Assembly: GCA_024704765.1 (NCBI GenBank)
Contig: JAKMXF010000296.1
Coordinates: 470,465 to 534,464 of the forward strand
Direction: 5' to 3'
DNA from: Oopsacas minuta
Lineage: Eukaryota > Animalia > Porifera
DNA: 64,000 nucleotides
In this document: piece after piece, positions 13,000 through 27,161 of the stretch
Layout: each line of letters opens with the position of its first letter
Numbering within the stretch: position 1 is the stretch's first letter
The notes under the pieces: model-generated
Seen by the model: the letters and a program-made list of their open reading frames with translations, nothing else
The model's database searches: none
Told to the model about the DNA's origin: nothing
Made by a program: the position numbers and the translations under genes

Positions 13000-15032
13000 C
13001 AATTTGTGTGACTGGAAAGGTAACATGTCCAGGAGTGAATTCAACAAGTCACTCTTAACTATATCAACTCAGCTATCAAGTTCGACTTATGCGAGAGCTG
13101 ATATAACTAATAAAATCAGCCTGCTCCAAATTATCATCCATCAGTTCTCCAGAAGAATGAACCTTCTAGATGGCAAAGGGTCCAGAACCGTTTTGAGCCA
13201 GTTCCTATCAAGGAACTAGTATCCTGTATCTGAAGCGCAAGAAAGATGGAATATCAAGAAGAGTATTGTCGATAGAAGAGATGTAGGATACATTAGACTC
13301 GCATCATAGTCTTGAAGGTAACCATACTGGTAGAACCAAACTCTCAAAGCAGGCTGCACTGAAATACAACGGTGTGACAGAAAGAATATATTGCCTTTTT
13401 GTGAAAACTTGTCAGGTATGCCATCGAAAGAAAGCAAAGAAGTCCCTCAACAGGGTGGTTGTGAAACCCATTACAGCCACCGATTTTCTTTGCAGCGCTC
13501 AGATAGACTTGAGCGATATGCGATTAAAATCTCGCGGTGAACTTGTCCGCAGATAGGACTACCCCTACAAATATCTCTTGAATCATTTTACCAAGAAGAT
13601 CAACCTGGTTCGTTCAAACTTAAGTCAGCTGAAGAGTTATGTGAGAAGTTGCTTGATCTGTTCTGTAACTCTGGACCACCACACATTCTCCACTCAGAAA
13701 ATTGTAGGAAATTCTCTAATGATCTCCTCTTCAATGCCCTAGCAACGAAATGGCCAACAAATAAATTGTCCATGAAATCCTAGACACCCAGAGTTTCAAG
13801 GTGCTATGGAACGAGCTAACCGTGACATCAAAGACAGTCTTTTCGGAATGATGCATGGTAACAACAATTGTCATTGCTGGGTTAAGTACCTAAGGTGGGT
13901 GCAGTGGCACCAAAACACAACCTATCACACTACCATCCGGAGGACTCCTTATGAAGATGCCTACAACAAGAGGCCGCCAATGAGACTAACAAATATTGGC
14001 ACCCATGTAAGTTCTGGCCTACCACTAACACTGAAGATGACATTGAAGTCTTCCAGAGTGACATTGCGTAACCTAGTCAGGTAGAAGTTCTAACCGAAGA
14101 ATCAGAAGGAAGTGAAAATGAACATCAATGTGGTGCTGATAATCAATCATAGTCAGCTCTTTCATCTCCTCCTCTTTCAAATTATCCCACCCAACCAGAC
14201 GAATATGAAGATCAAATCTTGGCAGCTCTACCGTTTGGAACAATTGTTAGCGATAATTTCATGACCTTTCCTTCCAATATTACTTCTCCGCCACCTCTAA
14301 TAAATTCCCTTGCCTTCGAAAACCAGGTTTCAGAGGACATACTTCCATCCAATTACTACTCAGGGACTTCTGGTTCTCAATTAACTTCACCTGAACTCAA
14401 TTATTGCAGTTCGATATCAACTCGAGATTGCGTTGCTTGTGGAAGAAATCTTCTGGCGCGGATTCATACCCAAGCTGTTTTTGGTTTCATCCACTTTCTA
14501 TGCTGGCGGTCTGAGGGAGAAAAAGGCTAAGGAAGCAGTGTAGTGTCTCCTGCGGGTGACTTTCATCCAGGAGAGAAGCGGTGACAAGATGACAGCTGTG
14601 ACCAAGCGTTGTCAAGAGAAACAACAAAATAGGATACTTAATCATGCATCTAAAAGGTTCAGTCTTGCTGAAGTTGAGGATTCCGTAATAATTCCTATCT
14701 CTCACCTTGATAAAGTTCACTCATTGGGTCCTCGCAACATTCTGGGGTGTATTACGAGTAGAGATGGGACTTCATATTCAATAGGCACAGATAAAGGTGC
14801 ACTGGCAGTTAATTACACTCGTAACCAGCTTGAAGTATGCCCAACTAAACTTCTGCCATTGGATTCCATTCCTCCTGTATCGATTACACAGAGAGAATCA
14901 ATGCAGAGTTCTTTTCTCGGCATCTCTAGTAACTCAGCTTGCTGCAAAAAAGCCAAAAGAGTTGCATCACAAATCATGAGGTACATAGTTGTTTTAACAA
15001 ATATGTTTAGTGTTGGTGTTGTGAAGTCTTAG
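13000..15032 (+). pseudogene. KRBA2/SCAND3-like (Ginger-type) rve integrase/transposase, decayed
   Basis: Across frames: H..GRTKL..KYNGVTERIYCLFVKTCQVC (zinc-binding region), VVKPI..SAQIDLSDM, ERANRDIK, HTTIRRTPYE, and C-terminal VIIPISHLDK..GPRNILG..YSIGT..G.L...YTRNQL. Termini not found. Confidence 0.8.
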
Positions 15033-15149
15033 TTGATGGATATTAGTGTAATTGACTCATAAGAATCTCAAGCTCAGTAAAAGTAGCATGATACCAGTTT
15101 GTTTCAATTGATTAAATTCAAGGTCTCCCGTTTGATTATTAGCATTAGC

Positions 15150-15315
15150 CAGGGCCGGATGTTCCGCTAGGCGGACTAGGCAGTCGCCTAAAGCGCATAA
15201 TATTTGGATTTAGAGAGATTTTATTTTTTGAAACTTAAAATTGGGTGAACGGCGGCACAGTTACATAGTTGCCTAGGGCGGAAATTTTTGAAACCACCCT
15301 CAAGAACTAGCGCTG
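15150..15315. mobile_element. hAT-type MITE (166 bp)
   Basis: Ends CAGGGCCGG...CTAGCGCTG. Perfect 8-bp TSD GCATTAGC (15142-15149 and 15316-15323). Confidence 0.8.
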
Positions 15316-16025
15316 GCATTAGCTTCTGACTCGCTGTGGCGAATCTTGATCCGACGGCATTGGTATCCGGTACTGGAAGGAATTAATATGGGAGCTTCAT
15401 CCATATTACCTCGACCTTAACAAATTAGGAAACAAAATCAAACCTTGTGGGAATCTGGATACGATATTGCTGACAACTCTATGTAAACTTCACGAAAGTA
15501 CAGTATCCTCCTCTAAACCTGGGATCCAGACCCCCAGATACCCAAACTTGGCGCCTATGATAGATTATCACAAAAATTGACTGTTCTCGAAATCTAATGC
15601 GTTCTAGTAGTTTTGCATTACATTCCAATGCGTAATCTAATCTGTGTACTACGTTTATACATCAATACTTCTTCTTAATACACCACAATATTCTATTACA
15701 ACTCTACTCGCGTTTATAGCAATGTGAACAGGTTCACACCAATCTCGCATTTGCACTTCAACATTTACACCATCAGTATTGTAATGCAAAATTTCTCGCC
15801 TAAAATCTAGCCAATCAAATTCGAGTATTGAGTACGGGATTAACATATAATGATACAGATTGATATATTAGTGCAAATATACTATACTACATCGTCTTAT
15901 CAATTTACGCATATAAATATGTAGGAAGTATTATATACCTTTTGGAAAATTAGTTTCACTGTTACGAATAAACAATTCCTATGTAGCTTCACAATTTGAC
16001 TTAATCCATCAATTAACCAATTTAG

Positions 16026-16643
16026 GGCGCATGCATTAGGTCCAATTCCGTGTGTTGGCATTAGGTCGAAATTCATTGTTTACACTAAATCGAAATCGGA
16101 GCGCATGCATTATGTCGAATTCTATTTTGGCTATTTTGTCGATAGACGAATGTATATTAGCTATGAATATCTCGCTTTTAAGGCCAATTCATATTTTGAG
16201 AAACACTGAATGCTTCCTCAAATTTCAAAAAAACTTGCACAAACATTGTAAAAGCAAAAAATCCAGCGATTCGCCATTTTGCAAACTTTTCAAATGATTA
16301 ATCCAACATTGGTCCATCTAAACACAAAATTCCCATGGACTCCACATCCCCTCCCCTAGGTAGCTTAGTAACGAGTACAAATGAAAACTCCCAGACCGAT
16401 AAAGTAGTGAACAAAATACCTAATCCCCTTCCAATGGTATGGGTTTATAATTAATTCAATAAAATGTCCTATCACGTCCTCGTTTCTATAAATCCATTTT
16501 CTATATCGATCTATCGACAACATGGCTAAAATCAATTCGATCTATCACAGCATCTTAATTCGACATAATGTATACATATTAAATTCGATACATATTAAAT
16601 ACGACCTAATGCCAACACACGGAATTCGGCCTAATGCAGCGCC
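16026..16643. mobile_element. Non-autonomous TIR element, probably Mutator-type
   Basis: ~45-bp TIRs (GGCGC.TGCATTAGG.C.AATTCCGTGTGTTGGCATTAGGTCG) at both ends. Flanks CCAATTTAG and ACCATTTCG may be a decayed 9-bp TSD. Confidence 0.7.
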
Positions 16644-17240
16644 ACCATTTCGAAGACGGAATAACGACCCCACAAATTAAGAATGAATCTCATTAGCTAG
16701 CCATCCAGGGGTTTAAACTTTGATCCAGCGGAAAAATTACTAAATCCAGGGAATGTATTGGATATTTGAGGTCTTTTTCTCATAAAAGAGCGGAAAAATA
16801 GTATTATTTGCATATAAATTTTGGAATCCAGGGAACAGTTAGGAAGGTTCGCAGGTATATAGGGGCGAAGATGTATTGTAACTCGATTTTCTGACTCACG
16901 GATTAGCCAAATATAGACTGGATGGGGACAAACCATCCCCCAAACAGTTCGGGCTCTGTGCGATCGCACACTCCGCACGTGCGGTAATTCGACACTGTGT
17001 ATAGAGTCTTCGTAGGGTTATATATCTGCATTAATCTTTCCCAATAAGATTTCTAGTTTCAGAGCTCATAATATGCGCAGGTTGCAAGCAAATATCGGAT
17101 TATAGCAGTCTTAGTGACGTCATTCTGGGATGACGTGACATATATTTGGTCATATACCTGATAGTACTGAGCAAAATAGTTAGTTTTCTTCAGGACTGTA
17201 CATACCAACAATTTGAAGCCCTGAAATACATAAATATATG

Positions 17241-19937
17241 CAGGCTTTTATCTACTGGGGGGGGTGGGGGGAAAGCTTCCTCTCCAAACTCTTCAACTTC
17301 CCCCCAAAAATCTCATATAATGTACTATTAATCGCAATACATTATTCAATGGATAAATTATTAGAATATCAATTCATTGTGGAGATACTATTTGAAATGT
17401 AAATAAATAACATGTAGGAAACCTGAATCACATTTCATACAATTTCAACTGCGAAATAATAACATATGTTGGAAACTACAGCTTCCTACTATCCAGCCGC
17501 CTATATATTAGTGATGTACGAATTCTTGAGATATAATATAGCGGAAAAAATTCTTTTTGTTCACTTTACATAGAGAATAATTGATTAACCCAGTGTTATC
17601 ATATGAATAAATTTGTTATCATTCGAGGAACTAAAAAAAATATTCTGACTGCAACCATATATCTGAGTCTGAACCACAACCACCAGAGGAAGATGCGATT
17701 GTTTCTACTCCATGTGTTTCTAAAACATCCAAAAAAATGCGAGCCTACAAGGACAACTAAGTTTATAATCCTACTTGGAAGAATGAATATACTTGGATGG
17801 ACTACGATTCATCCCAAAATGGTATGGTGTGTACGATTTGTAAGGTCCATGGTAAATCATCGGTACAAGCGAGAGGTGCATGGGTGACAAGACCTATAAA
17901 CAATTGGGTGAAGGCGAAAAGTTTGCTGATACAACATGAGAAATCTGATTGGTACGCAGCAGCGATCGAAAGAATGGTTATGTCTCAATCAACAGAGGAA
18001 CATGGTAATGTAATGGAACAATTGGAAGCAGCCACTGCGGAGGAGAAGAAACAGAACCGTGACATTATGAAAAAGCTTATTCAATCCTTCTATTTCTTGG
18101 TTAAGCATCATATCCCCATACAACTACATTTGAAAACCTCATTACTTTACAAATTGAGAATGGGGACATCATACTGAAATCTCAGAGAGAAGTGTCCACA
18201 CAATGCGACATATGAATCATATACCACAATAGTGGAACTTCTCTCAAGTATTAGCAATGTACTCGAGAAGAGGATCATCACCAGTCTCTGCGCTAGCCCA
18301 TATTATTCATTAATGGCATATGAAAGTACGGATGTAGTATCACAAGAAGAGTTGTCAGTATGTGCACGTTGGATAGAAGATAATAAATCAGTAGAACATT
18401 TTCTTGGAATTTTGCATGCGAAGGAGAAAAATGCTCAAGCGATCGCTTGTTAGCTTCGAACCTTTCTTCATTCCATGAACATTGGCTTTGACAAGATGCA
18501 TGGACTTGGTTTTGATGATACAAATACTATGTCGGGTCATATAAGTGGTGTTCAAATACGACTAAAATTACATGCACCAAGCTCTATCTATGTGCACTGT
18601 CGCTGCCATAAGCTTCAACTTGCTGCATTAAATGCTGCATCAGAACATACAGTGGTGAAAAGAATTTTGGGTACACTATTAACAATCTGGAAGGCTTTTC
18701 ACTTTTCTCCCAAAAAAGCTGAGAAACTTGCTGAGATTCAAGCTGAACTTCAGGCTCCTGAAATCAAAATGCAGAAGCCTAGTGATACTCGGTGGTTAGT
18801 CCGTGGGAGAGCTGTGTCTGTTGTGCGACGGAGATTACCAGGTTAGTCAGTACATTTGAAGAGATTTAAGCAGAAACTGGAGATGCAGAATTATATAGAA
18901 TTGCAAGTCTCTTAGTGAAGTAGAAGACTGTCGCATGTATCTACATGCTATCAGATGTTCTTCATATCGTAGTGAAATTGCAAGGAAGTCTACAAGCCAA
19001 GGATGTTGATCTTGCGAGTGTCCCATCGATGGTTGCTAGTACTACTAAACGGCTGTTGGAACTCAAAGAAGATGTAACAAGCAGCACATGGTTCAAGGAA
19101 CATTCTTTGGTTTTTACTCATGATGCTCAATTAGGGGAGAAACACATCGTGGTATTGGAAGAAGAGAAGACGGAATTCTTCACAAGGTGTATCGACAATA
19201 CCTCCAAGTGTCATAGATCATATTCATGTCATGATGGAATCTACTGAACTCATTTCAACCATGTCTGTTTTTGACCCTCGCCATCTTCCTGGTACAGAAG
19301 AAGAATTATTAGAGTACGGAATGGAACAGATTAAGACACTCACGGATTTTTATAGTGTAGAACAAAGGATCAATGTAGGAGGAGATAAAGGTATATCACA
19401 GCCTGACATCGAGGCTAAAGAAACTGAGTCAGAGTGGAAATTGTTTCGACGCTTAATTTTCCTACAGTATAAAGGTAGATCCTTACAATTTGTACTCTCA
19501 CTACTGCTAGGGAACGGAGAGATATATGCTGCATTTCCTAACTTGGCAAAGATAGCCGCTATTTTGGAAGTAATACCAGTGACAACAGCCACAGTCGAAA
19601 AGAGTTTCAGCAATATGAAATTAATATAAACGAGACTTCGCAGCCGAATGAGTGAAGAGACACTTGATTATTGTATGCGCATATGTGTTGAAGGTCTTGA
19701 TCACCTATCTGATGAAAATTTAGAGGCAGTATTGGCGCATTATAAAGGAATGAAAATCAGAAAATCAATTTGTGAGCGGCCCTTTCATGTTTTACTAACA
19801 ATAGAAATATTCATTATTAGGAATTAGATTATATGTTTGGTGTTTACTCCAAGGTTGTAATATTTTGATAATTGGGTACTAAGGATTTCAAAGCTTCCCC
19901 CCCCCCCCCCAAATTTAACATCCTAGATAGAACCCTG
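17241..19937 (+). mobile_element. hAT DNA transposon, copy B (inverted near-identical copy of 7504-10194)
   Basis: Every ORF in the track has an identical mirror in copy A (coordinate sums equal 27436). Left TIR CAGGCTTTTATCTA, right TIR CAGGGTTCTATCTA. Flanks ATATG and ATAGT do not form a clean TSD. Confidence 0.92.
17603..19780 (+). pseudogene. hAT transposase pseudogene, copy B
   Basis: Same protein fragments, stops and frameshifts as copy A. End coordinate approximate. Confidence 0.88.
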
Positions 19938-22900
19938 ATAGTTTGGAATAATTCGGGCATTATCGATTGGCCAAGTTATTGTGGGGATCCAAATACCCCT
20001 GTTTTCAAAATGAGTACATTTTCTGTATTTTTTGAAGTGATACACGCAAATAATCTAAGAGTCCTTTGGGTGCTTCTAAAAATCATGTATTATTTAGTCT
20101 ATATGTCTAGCCTTTTATATTTTGCATAAATTCACTATCCACGTTAAGTTTCAGTATCTTTAATGGAAGGCCCGCAGACATGTATGAAGCGGATATTTCC
20201 ACCAAATTTACAATCAATATTTTGGATAAATCTGAGAATAACTATCAACTCTAATACTTTCAATATACTCTAGATTTTCAATTATAATTACTTAAAGTTT
20301 AGAGTTATAATTCATGTCCACTATGATGAAATGATTACATAGAATTGATTATGGACCCACAAGTTGTCATTTTGGCAATATTTTGCATTCTTATATATTC
20401 CCATAACTCAATGAGTTGAAGGCCCGCTAGCACAAAAACCTTCTAGAATTAATATTTCAAATGTGTAGAATAGGAGTATGAAATCAAAATTGCAATATCT
20501 TTCATAAATTGTATTCATCTTTGCTAAATTTTTGACTCAGTTTAATACTATTTTCAATCATTTGTTTAGGTATAAGAATACCTTTAGTAGGCCAGTCTAT
20601 CTGCATAAATAGACTCAGCTAGGCTAGCGGTGTCGAACAAGGGGCTGTCATACAATATTTATCCCCCAAAATACAATCTCCCCAGGTATATTATTACTGG
20701 AATTCCCTGAAGCAACGGCGCTTGTTCTTTTCATTGTCATGTTTTCGTCCAAATGTTCTTTCATTTTTTGAAAATACATGAAATTTTGGGAAACTCAAGG
20801 AGTGAAATATTCACAATGCTTTTTCAGGGAAATACGCCAACTAACAATTTATCCGCGATAAATACTTAAATAAACTTTCATCCCCTGGATATAATTTTGT
20901 ATAATAGAATTTCCCCCGGATTAACTATTATATTGTCATTATGCATTAAGTTCCGCACCAAGTAGTTATTGGCGAAAGTAGGAATCTCCAATCCTACTTG
21001 CAAGAAGCTAAGTCGGAATTAATGCATTGTGGAATTTTACTGGGTTTTATTTCCAATTGATTTCGACAATGATAATTTTCGAATTACTCGATAATGGATT
21101 TTCTGATTCTAATCTAAGATAATCAATCTCTTTAGAAAAGATTCTAACATGGTACCGCCGAGTAGGAATCTTACTTTCCAAAAATTCCTAATTGAGGCGG
21201 ATGATTATGACTCCTAATAGTTTACTGGTGAATATATTCTAAGATATCATTGTTTATCCGGGACCATATTCTACAATTTAATTATATATCCCATTTGATA
21301 TTCTATTATATTATAATATATCCGAAGGATGTAACATTGTATAATATTTAATCTCCGCCGAATATATTTTTATATAACAATATATCCGAGGGATAATTTA
21401 TTGTGGGCAAACATTACATGATAGTGTCACTTGATTGAGTTGGGACAAATTTGAGACTTGAATATTTCCACGTTCCTAACACATTCCTGAGATATCCATC
21501 CGTTGCTAGGGAATTTTTCACTTATTGGAAATATCAACTTTAAAACTCGATTAGTAATTAATCGTTTAAAAGGATTATTCTTGTTTAGTATATGCTTTTC
21601 TCCATACTAATTATTACGAATTCATGCCCGAAGCACCTGATTATTGAGTGTTCGGTGTTTGTTAGGTTTCACCAAAATTCTGATGTAAAATCGTCTAGTT
21701 GAAACCCGACCTTATGGCATGAGACTACGACAATTGTATATTGTGAATAGTTCCTGAATCACACTAACCTTGCATTTGTCCAAAGTGAATGTATTACAGA
21801 AATGTTGAATTCCATCTATTTAGCAAAAGAATATCAAAATGTGTCAATTGTTTGCTTAGTATGCAATAATTATTTGACGAAATTGCTCAGTCATTAATGA
21901 CATATATAACCTTCAATAGCTCATATTTGATGAATATAGTTCATATCCAGTAACTGGAACCCTCAGGGGAAATCAAAAGCTGTTCGAAATAGCGAATGTT
22001 CTAGTTAACTAATCCCATAGATACTAAAAGTACAACGAAGGTGAAGCCAATATACGTTTAGATAATGAATGCTTGAGTTATTGGAAGTTGACTGTATACG
22101 CGGTCATCAAAAGAAAATTTGTGAACACACGTATATACAATTGGTCATAAAATAGTTGGTATGTTGTGAGTTAACTTCTAGTAGTCACCATAGATGGCAG
22201 TTGTTTGTCAATATCCACCTATAAGTCATAATCCATCAATGATATAACAAAAATCTCTATTGTCAATTATTTGTTTTCGCCAGAATTCACATACCTGTAA
22301 TACATTTTGATTTGATATCTACAAGAGTTATATTGTACACTCATCAAGAATGTCATTTATAGTAATATTCAAATTGCTTCCTATTCTTAAGAGATATGAT
22401 ATACACATTAATTATAGGGGTGTGGAAATTTTGGAATTAACAAAATGTTATTATTTCTCATATATCGTTGTGATGGCTTCAAAAATAACTGCCATCCATG
22501 ATCACTACTGTAACTCAAAAACTTGTCAACTTTATGATGGCAAAATCTTAAATAATATATAACAAATCTCTTTAATTAAATTCTTTATTAACTTTGAAAT
22601 CAAAGATATAATATTTAACGTTCTACATGTCATCAATGATTAAAGTTTTGCCAAATAATACTACAGCCAGATTTGAATTTTTGGCTTTGTATGGAATTAA
22701 GACATCAAATTCTACATTTACAATTCATTATAAATAATCAAATAATTCGTACTATAGACTCGCAGTTTGAAATTTCATGTAATTTTGGACATGGTTGAAA
22801 AGGAACTGTATCCGAGAAACTACCACAGTATTAGACTATAATTTTGATTATATCAATATTATATATGAAGTTTTTTACAATGGAAAATCTTTCCATGTGT

Positions 22901-23874
22901 CCATAAATTACAAATCCCCATTAATTACATATGTCTATAAATTAGAAATGTCCAAAAATTATAAATTTACTCAAATTTTCGAATTGATTTTCTATTGAGT
23001 CTGACTAATAACTATTTTCTAATAATCCATAAGACCATATGAATTTGTGCAATATTCAGCTTTTGTATGTGATATTATTCTATTTTCATACAATGGTGGT
23101 ATTTGTGAGTATATTGATGTATTTATAGTAATTTTCTTGTTGTGGCTGTCTAGATTTGTCTTCCTATCATCCACTTATGAAATTTTGACTGTACCAACTA
23201 TATCTATTACATTGTATAGTAGCACAGTTCTAAAATTGTTGACTAAGTATACACGTATCTATATCCATATATATATATATCTTTTTGCTCTGCTGTTCGC
23301 ACCTTTAGAGATATAGACACTAAATGTGGCATGTATACTCGTACTGACCTCTAGTTGTGCATCTGACATTGGAAACATTCATCCCTTTTGACACCTTCTA
23401 TATTGTTGCCAAATTTAATTTTAGGGTTTTCCAAATTAGCATAATGCATGAAATTATATCTGGTGGATTTTATGAAATTAATCAGCACAATGTAATGTTT
23501 TGGCATTTATTTAGACTGCGATTCTATTTCTCAATTCATTCTATTAAATGTATATACATTGATTTATCATATGATTAATCATATATTCGCACCATTTTGT
23601 GAACATTTTCAAATTTTCATAAATATTAGCTTTCACTCTTTAACAGGGGTAACCTTTACATAGAATTAAATTTTTTGACATTTTAATGTCTTACAAGATT
23701 GGTAAAATTCTATTTCTTTGCTAAAATGGATATTTAGTAAATAATATAGTTCCAATAATGGGCTAAAATTAATTTGGAAAATCATAGTCTTGACAAACGG
23801 TGATTGAGATTTTATTTTTTAGTGTGTACACCTTTTGGTTGAATGAGTTGGCCCAAATTTATTGATGAATATAC

Positions 23875-23980
23875 CAGGGGCTTCGCCACCGGAGAGGGCA
23901 TATGGGTAATGCCCCACCCTGGTAAAACTCGTGCTCTGGGGCATGCCTCCCCTAGATGAAAAATCCTAGCGACGTCCCTG
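23875..23980. mobile_element. Small hAT-like MITE (~106 bp)
   Basis: Ends CAGGGGCTTCGCCA and TAGCGACGTCCCTG (reverse complement CAGGGACGTCGCTA). GC-rich island in AT-rich intron; no convincing TSD. Confidence 0.5.
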
Positions 23981-24461
23981 AACTATGGCAGAAATTACGT
24001 CATAGTTAGATTTACAGTTATGCTACCGAATAATTATTGATATTTGTAAATCTTCATTTTTTGATAGCACCTATTTCTCTGTGATTACCATTTGCTACAC
24101 TGTGTGTATGTATATCCATGTTCGCGTCACATCGGAATCGTATTATAATGTATTACAAGAGTGTTGGGAGTTGGTTTTGTCACTTTTGTGTGCATTTTGC
24201 CTGGCTGATTTGACTATAAATCTAGCGTCTATCTATTTGAAGGGTGATATTTATCAAATTCATCACATCCATGGTATCAATATAACTTAAACCGTAATAA
24301 TTTTATATTTGTGATCAGCCCTTCGGGACTCTCAGTTTTTTCATTCACTTGCTGATATGCAAACACATATGTATATATTTAGGCTTACATACATGCATAC
24401 ATATTAATTGCGTCTTAATAGTATTAATTATTTATGATTTTCCTAATTCTCTGTTCTTTAG

Positions 24462-24538
24462 GCTTATTTCTACATCTTTATTTTCTTAATACCTCCATTA
24501 AAACTCCCACGTTGAGATTGTGCGATCTGGAAACTCGT
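24462..24538 (+). CDS. SLC9A6/7/9-like: Na+/H+ exchanger coding exon 2 (77 nt, absent from the ORF track)
   Basis: Polypyrimidine tract plus TTTAG acceptor (24460-61) and GTAAGT donor (24539). Phase 1 in and phase 0 out, exactly what links exon 1 to exon 3. Reads G-LFLHLYFLNTSIKTPTLRLCDLETR with no stop. Confidence 0.8.
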
Positions 24539-27161
24539 GTAAGTTGATAATTTTGCCTTTGAATTAATATGCATTCCAATGACCCAACAACACTTACTAC
24601 CCATTGCCCCCATAACCTAATTTTGTTCCATCAAAATTACACGATTATTCAATATCTACATCTGTACATATTTCGACAGTTAGCATTGGTGAAACCAAAT
24701 TTAACTTCTCCAGGGTCACATTTCGTTAAATTTTCTCAATATTTGATCTTGTCAAATACTAGCTTTTGACCTTGCAATGCGAACTATTTTAGTTATGGGT
24801 ATTGTAGCTAGCATTACTTCGGTTTTCAGCTTACTATGGAATGTGCAGTGTTCTCCCTGGGAATTTTCGCTTCTATGGCCAATACAACTTCTGTTTTTGA
24901 TATGTATTTTTCCTTCTATTATGCTACTCTCCAGATTTCGAAAATGCTTCACATTATCAAAAGTTCGGCCTTTGCTATTCCGAAGTGCAGAGACTGAAAT
25001 TATCTCAAAAATGGTCCATCTTGTATTATCAAAAAGCCTTAATTGTACCCATTACTACTTTGCATATCAATTCCTTGTTCGTCCACCACGGGCACTTAAG
25101 GTATTAATAATACACAGGTGATTAGGTTTGCACACAAAGTCATAGTCCGCCCATTTGTAGACCTCTCAGACCTAATGTACTCTGCATATGTCTAATGATT
25201 CCTGAGATACTAGCGATCAATATTATTTTGCATGATTACTCACCCTGACCCCGGAGTCCATTGTTACCTACCTGATTTTGTTCCCGGTTTCCCCGAAAAA
25301 ATCTCTCAAAATTTCTTGATTTGAAGATTATTATTTTTGAAGAAAATGTGTCATATATTATTTTTCGTAGATTCCAGGGCAGTGCTGAAATGTTGTATAA
25401 ATTATGATAGTTATCACTTATTTCACCAATTTTCATTTATACAATGTATCTTTTGCTCTTGGTCCTATCCTAATTGGCCTGACTTTTACGTTTTGAGCCC
25501 TCCTTAGAAAGACCGTAATGTATTTTGAGATTTTGGTTTTGCTGGCGACCGGGCTTGGCCCATCCTTTCAAAATGGGGAATTTCTTCTAGGGCAGTTTAT
25601 ATGCTGAATCGGACATACTCACTTCAAATATGTTATCAGCATCTCGAAGTTTCACTACTTTCTCTTTATAGCTCCATCTGCATCCAACAATATTCTATGG
25701 GGGGATATTCTATAGCCTAGATTATAATATCCTGTGTAATGAGCAATATTTTGAATGAAATGTTCACAATCGGGCTAAATACAATCAATTCAGTTCATCT
25801 CAATTTGGCTCACGTTCAGTTCATTTACCGGTTGTTCACTTTTCATTTTGTTGAAAGGTTACTTTGAGATTTTTTAATTTTAAAATTCTCACCAGCATAT
25901 AAGTAAACTATAGCTTACTAAGCCTCACTACTGATTATTGATTCGTGACCAGGGATGTTCTTGTCGACCTTACCGAATTTGAACGATTATGTCACCTGTT
26001 TGATAAAACCATAATTACTATGCAGAGGGGCAGCCTGAGAATACTTATCTAGCCTAGTGATGGCTGATGGGTCCAATTTTCGGATGATTAGACTTGTAGT
26101 ACCTTCCTTGGCGTGGTCTGTCATATCATGTTTCGTCGTTTGTTCTATCATAGTAGGTGTCTCACTGAATGTACATGATATTTACTTTTAAAACAAGGAC
26201 GTACCGTTTATTTTAACTATTTCAAACTAGTCCAAAGCTGTGGAAGAAATTAGACCTAAATGCAACAGTGCTATTTATGGTTAGTTCCGTAGAATCCAAT
26301 ATAATGCACCTATTTCCTTTTTGGTCCTGCGAATAAGATACTTCACCGGTTTCCTGTTAATATTAACCACTACGAGGGTTCACTGTCCAAAGTGGCTTAA
26401 ATTGGGAATTCTATATTACTATTTCTTTTACTTTTGATTGATCATGTTTTTTGGCTAAATTGCTATTTTCCACACGTCCAACATAGATAACATACACTCA
26501 ATTATCATATTGCAAGATTTATTACAGAAAACGAAGAAAAGCATATTCACATTGTACAGCTGTTAGTTTTTACATAAGTCAGGTATTATTACGTCTCTCC
26601 AAATAATGTTCAATATTAGTTCATTAAATATGTACTAGAATTCGTATAAGACCAGGGCTTGCGACAGCCCATTTTGATTTGCGCACTTCTTTTCCTTTGT
26701 CAAAGTGTCTGCGCGTACCTATATTTTTTGGTAAAATCCGAAATTTACATTCAGTAATAATTGGTGTTTAGGTTTGCAGAAGTCACATTTATATTGTATA
26801 TATGCGTGCGATGTCCTTATGAAATGTGATATTTCTGAAGGTTGTAATGAGGGAATTTAATTTTGTAATATTTCTTTGCTTGTGTTGTTTTGGTTAGCAA
26901 AGAATGTCATATTAGCCATTCATTACTAAGGCCATTTCTCTACAAAGAGACATGAATACTGTATAAATAACCTGCCAGGAGATAGTATTTTCTGTAGTTA
27001 TCACCAGATTTTTCCCATGCTCACATTTTCCATTGTCATTCATTTTTACTGAAATGAAATTTGAGATTTTTATTATAACTTAAACGGTACCATTAACAGT
27101 GTTTATTATCAATTTAATTTGAGACTTCCACCCAAAGTTAAGTTGTTTGAAACATTCGGAA

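Noticed and set aside
7504-19937. Single composite transposon inserted as one 12.4-kb unit
   Set aside because: The outer flanks (ACTGC and ATAGT) do not form a TSD, and copy A has its own TSD.
20570-20625. Candidate NHE exon 2 after TTTGTTTAG
   Set aside because: The phase-1 reading reaches TAG with no usable donor; 24462-24538 fits far better.
22350-25440. Short hydrophobic ORFs in the track (e.g. 23047-23316, 24777-25121)
   Set aside because: Typical chance ORFs of AT-rich DNA, often with non-ATG starts, and lacking motifs or splice support.
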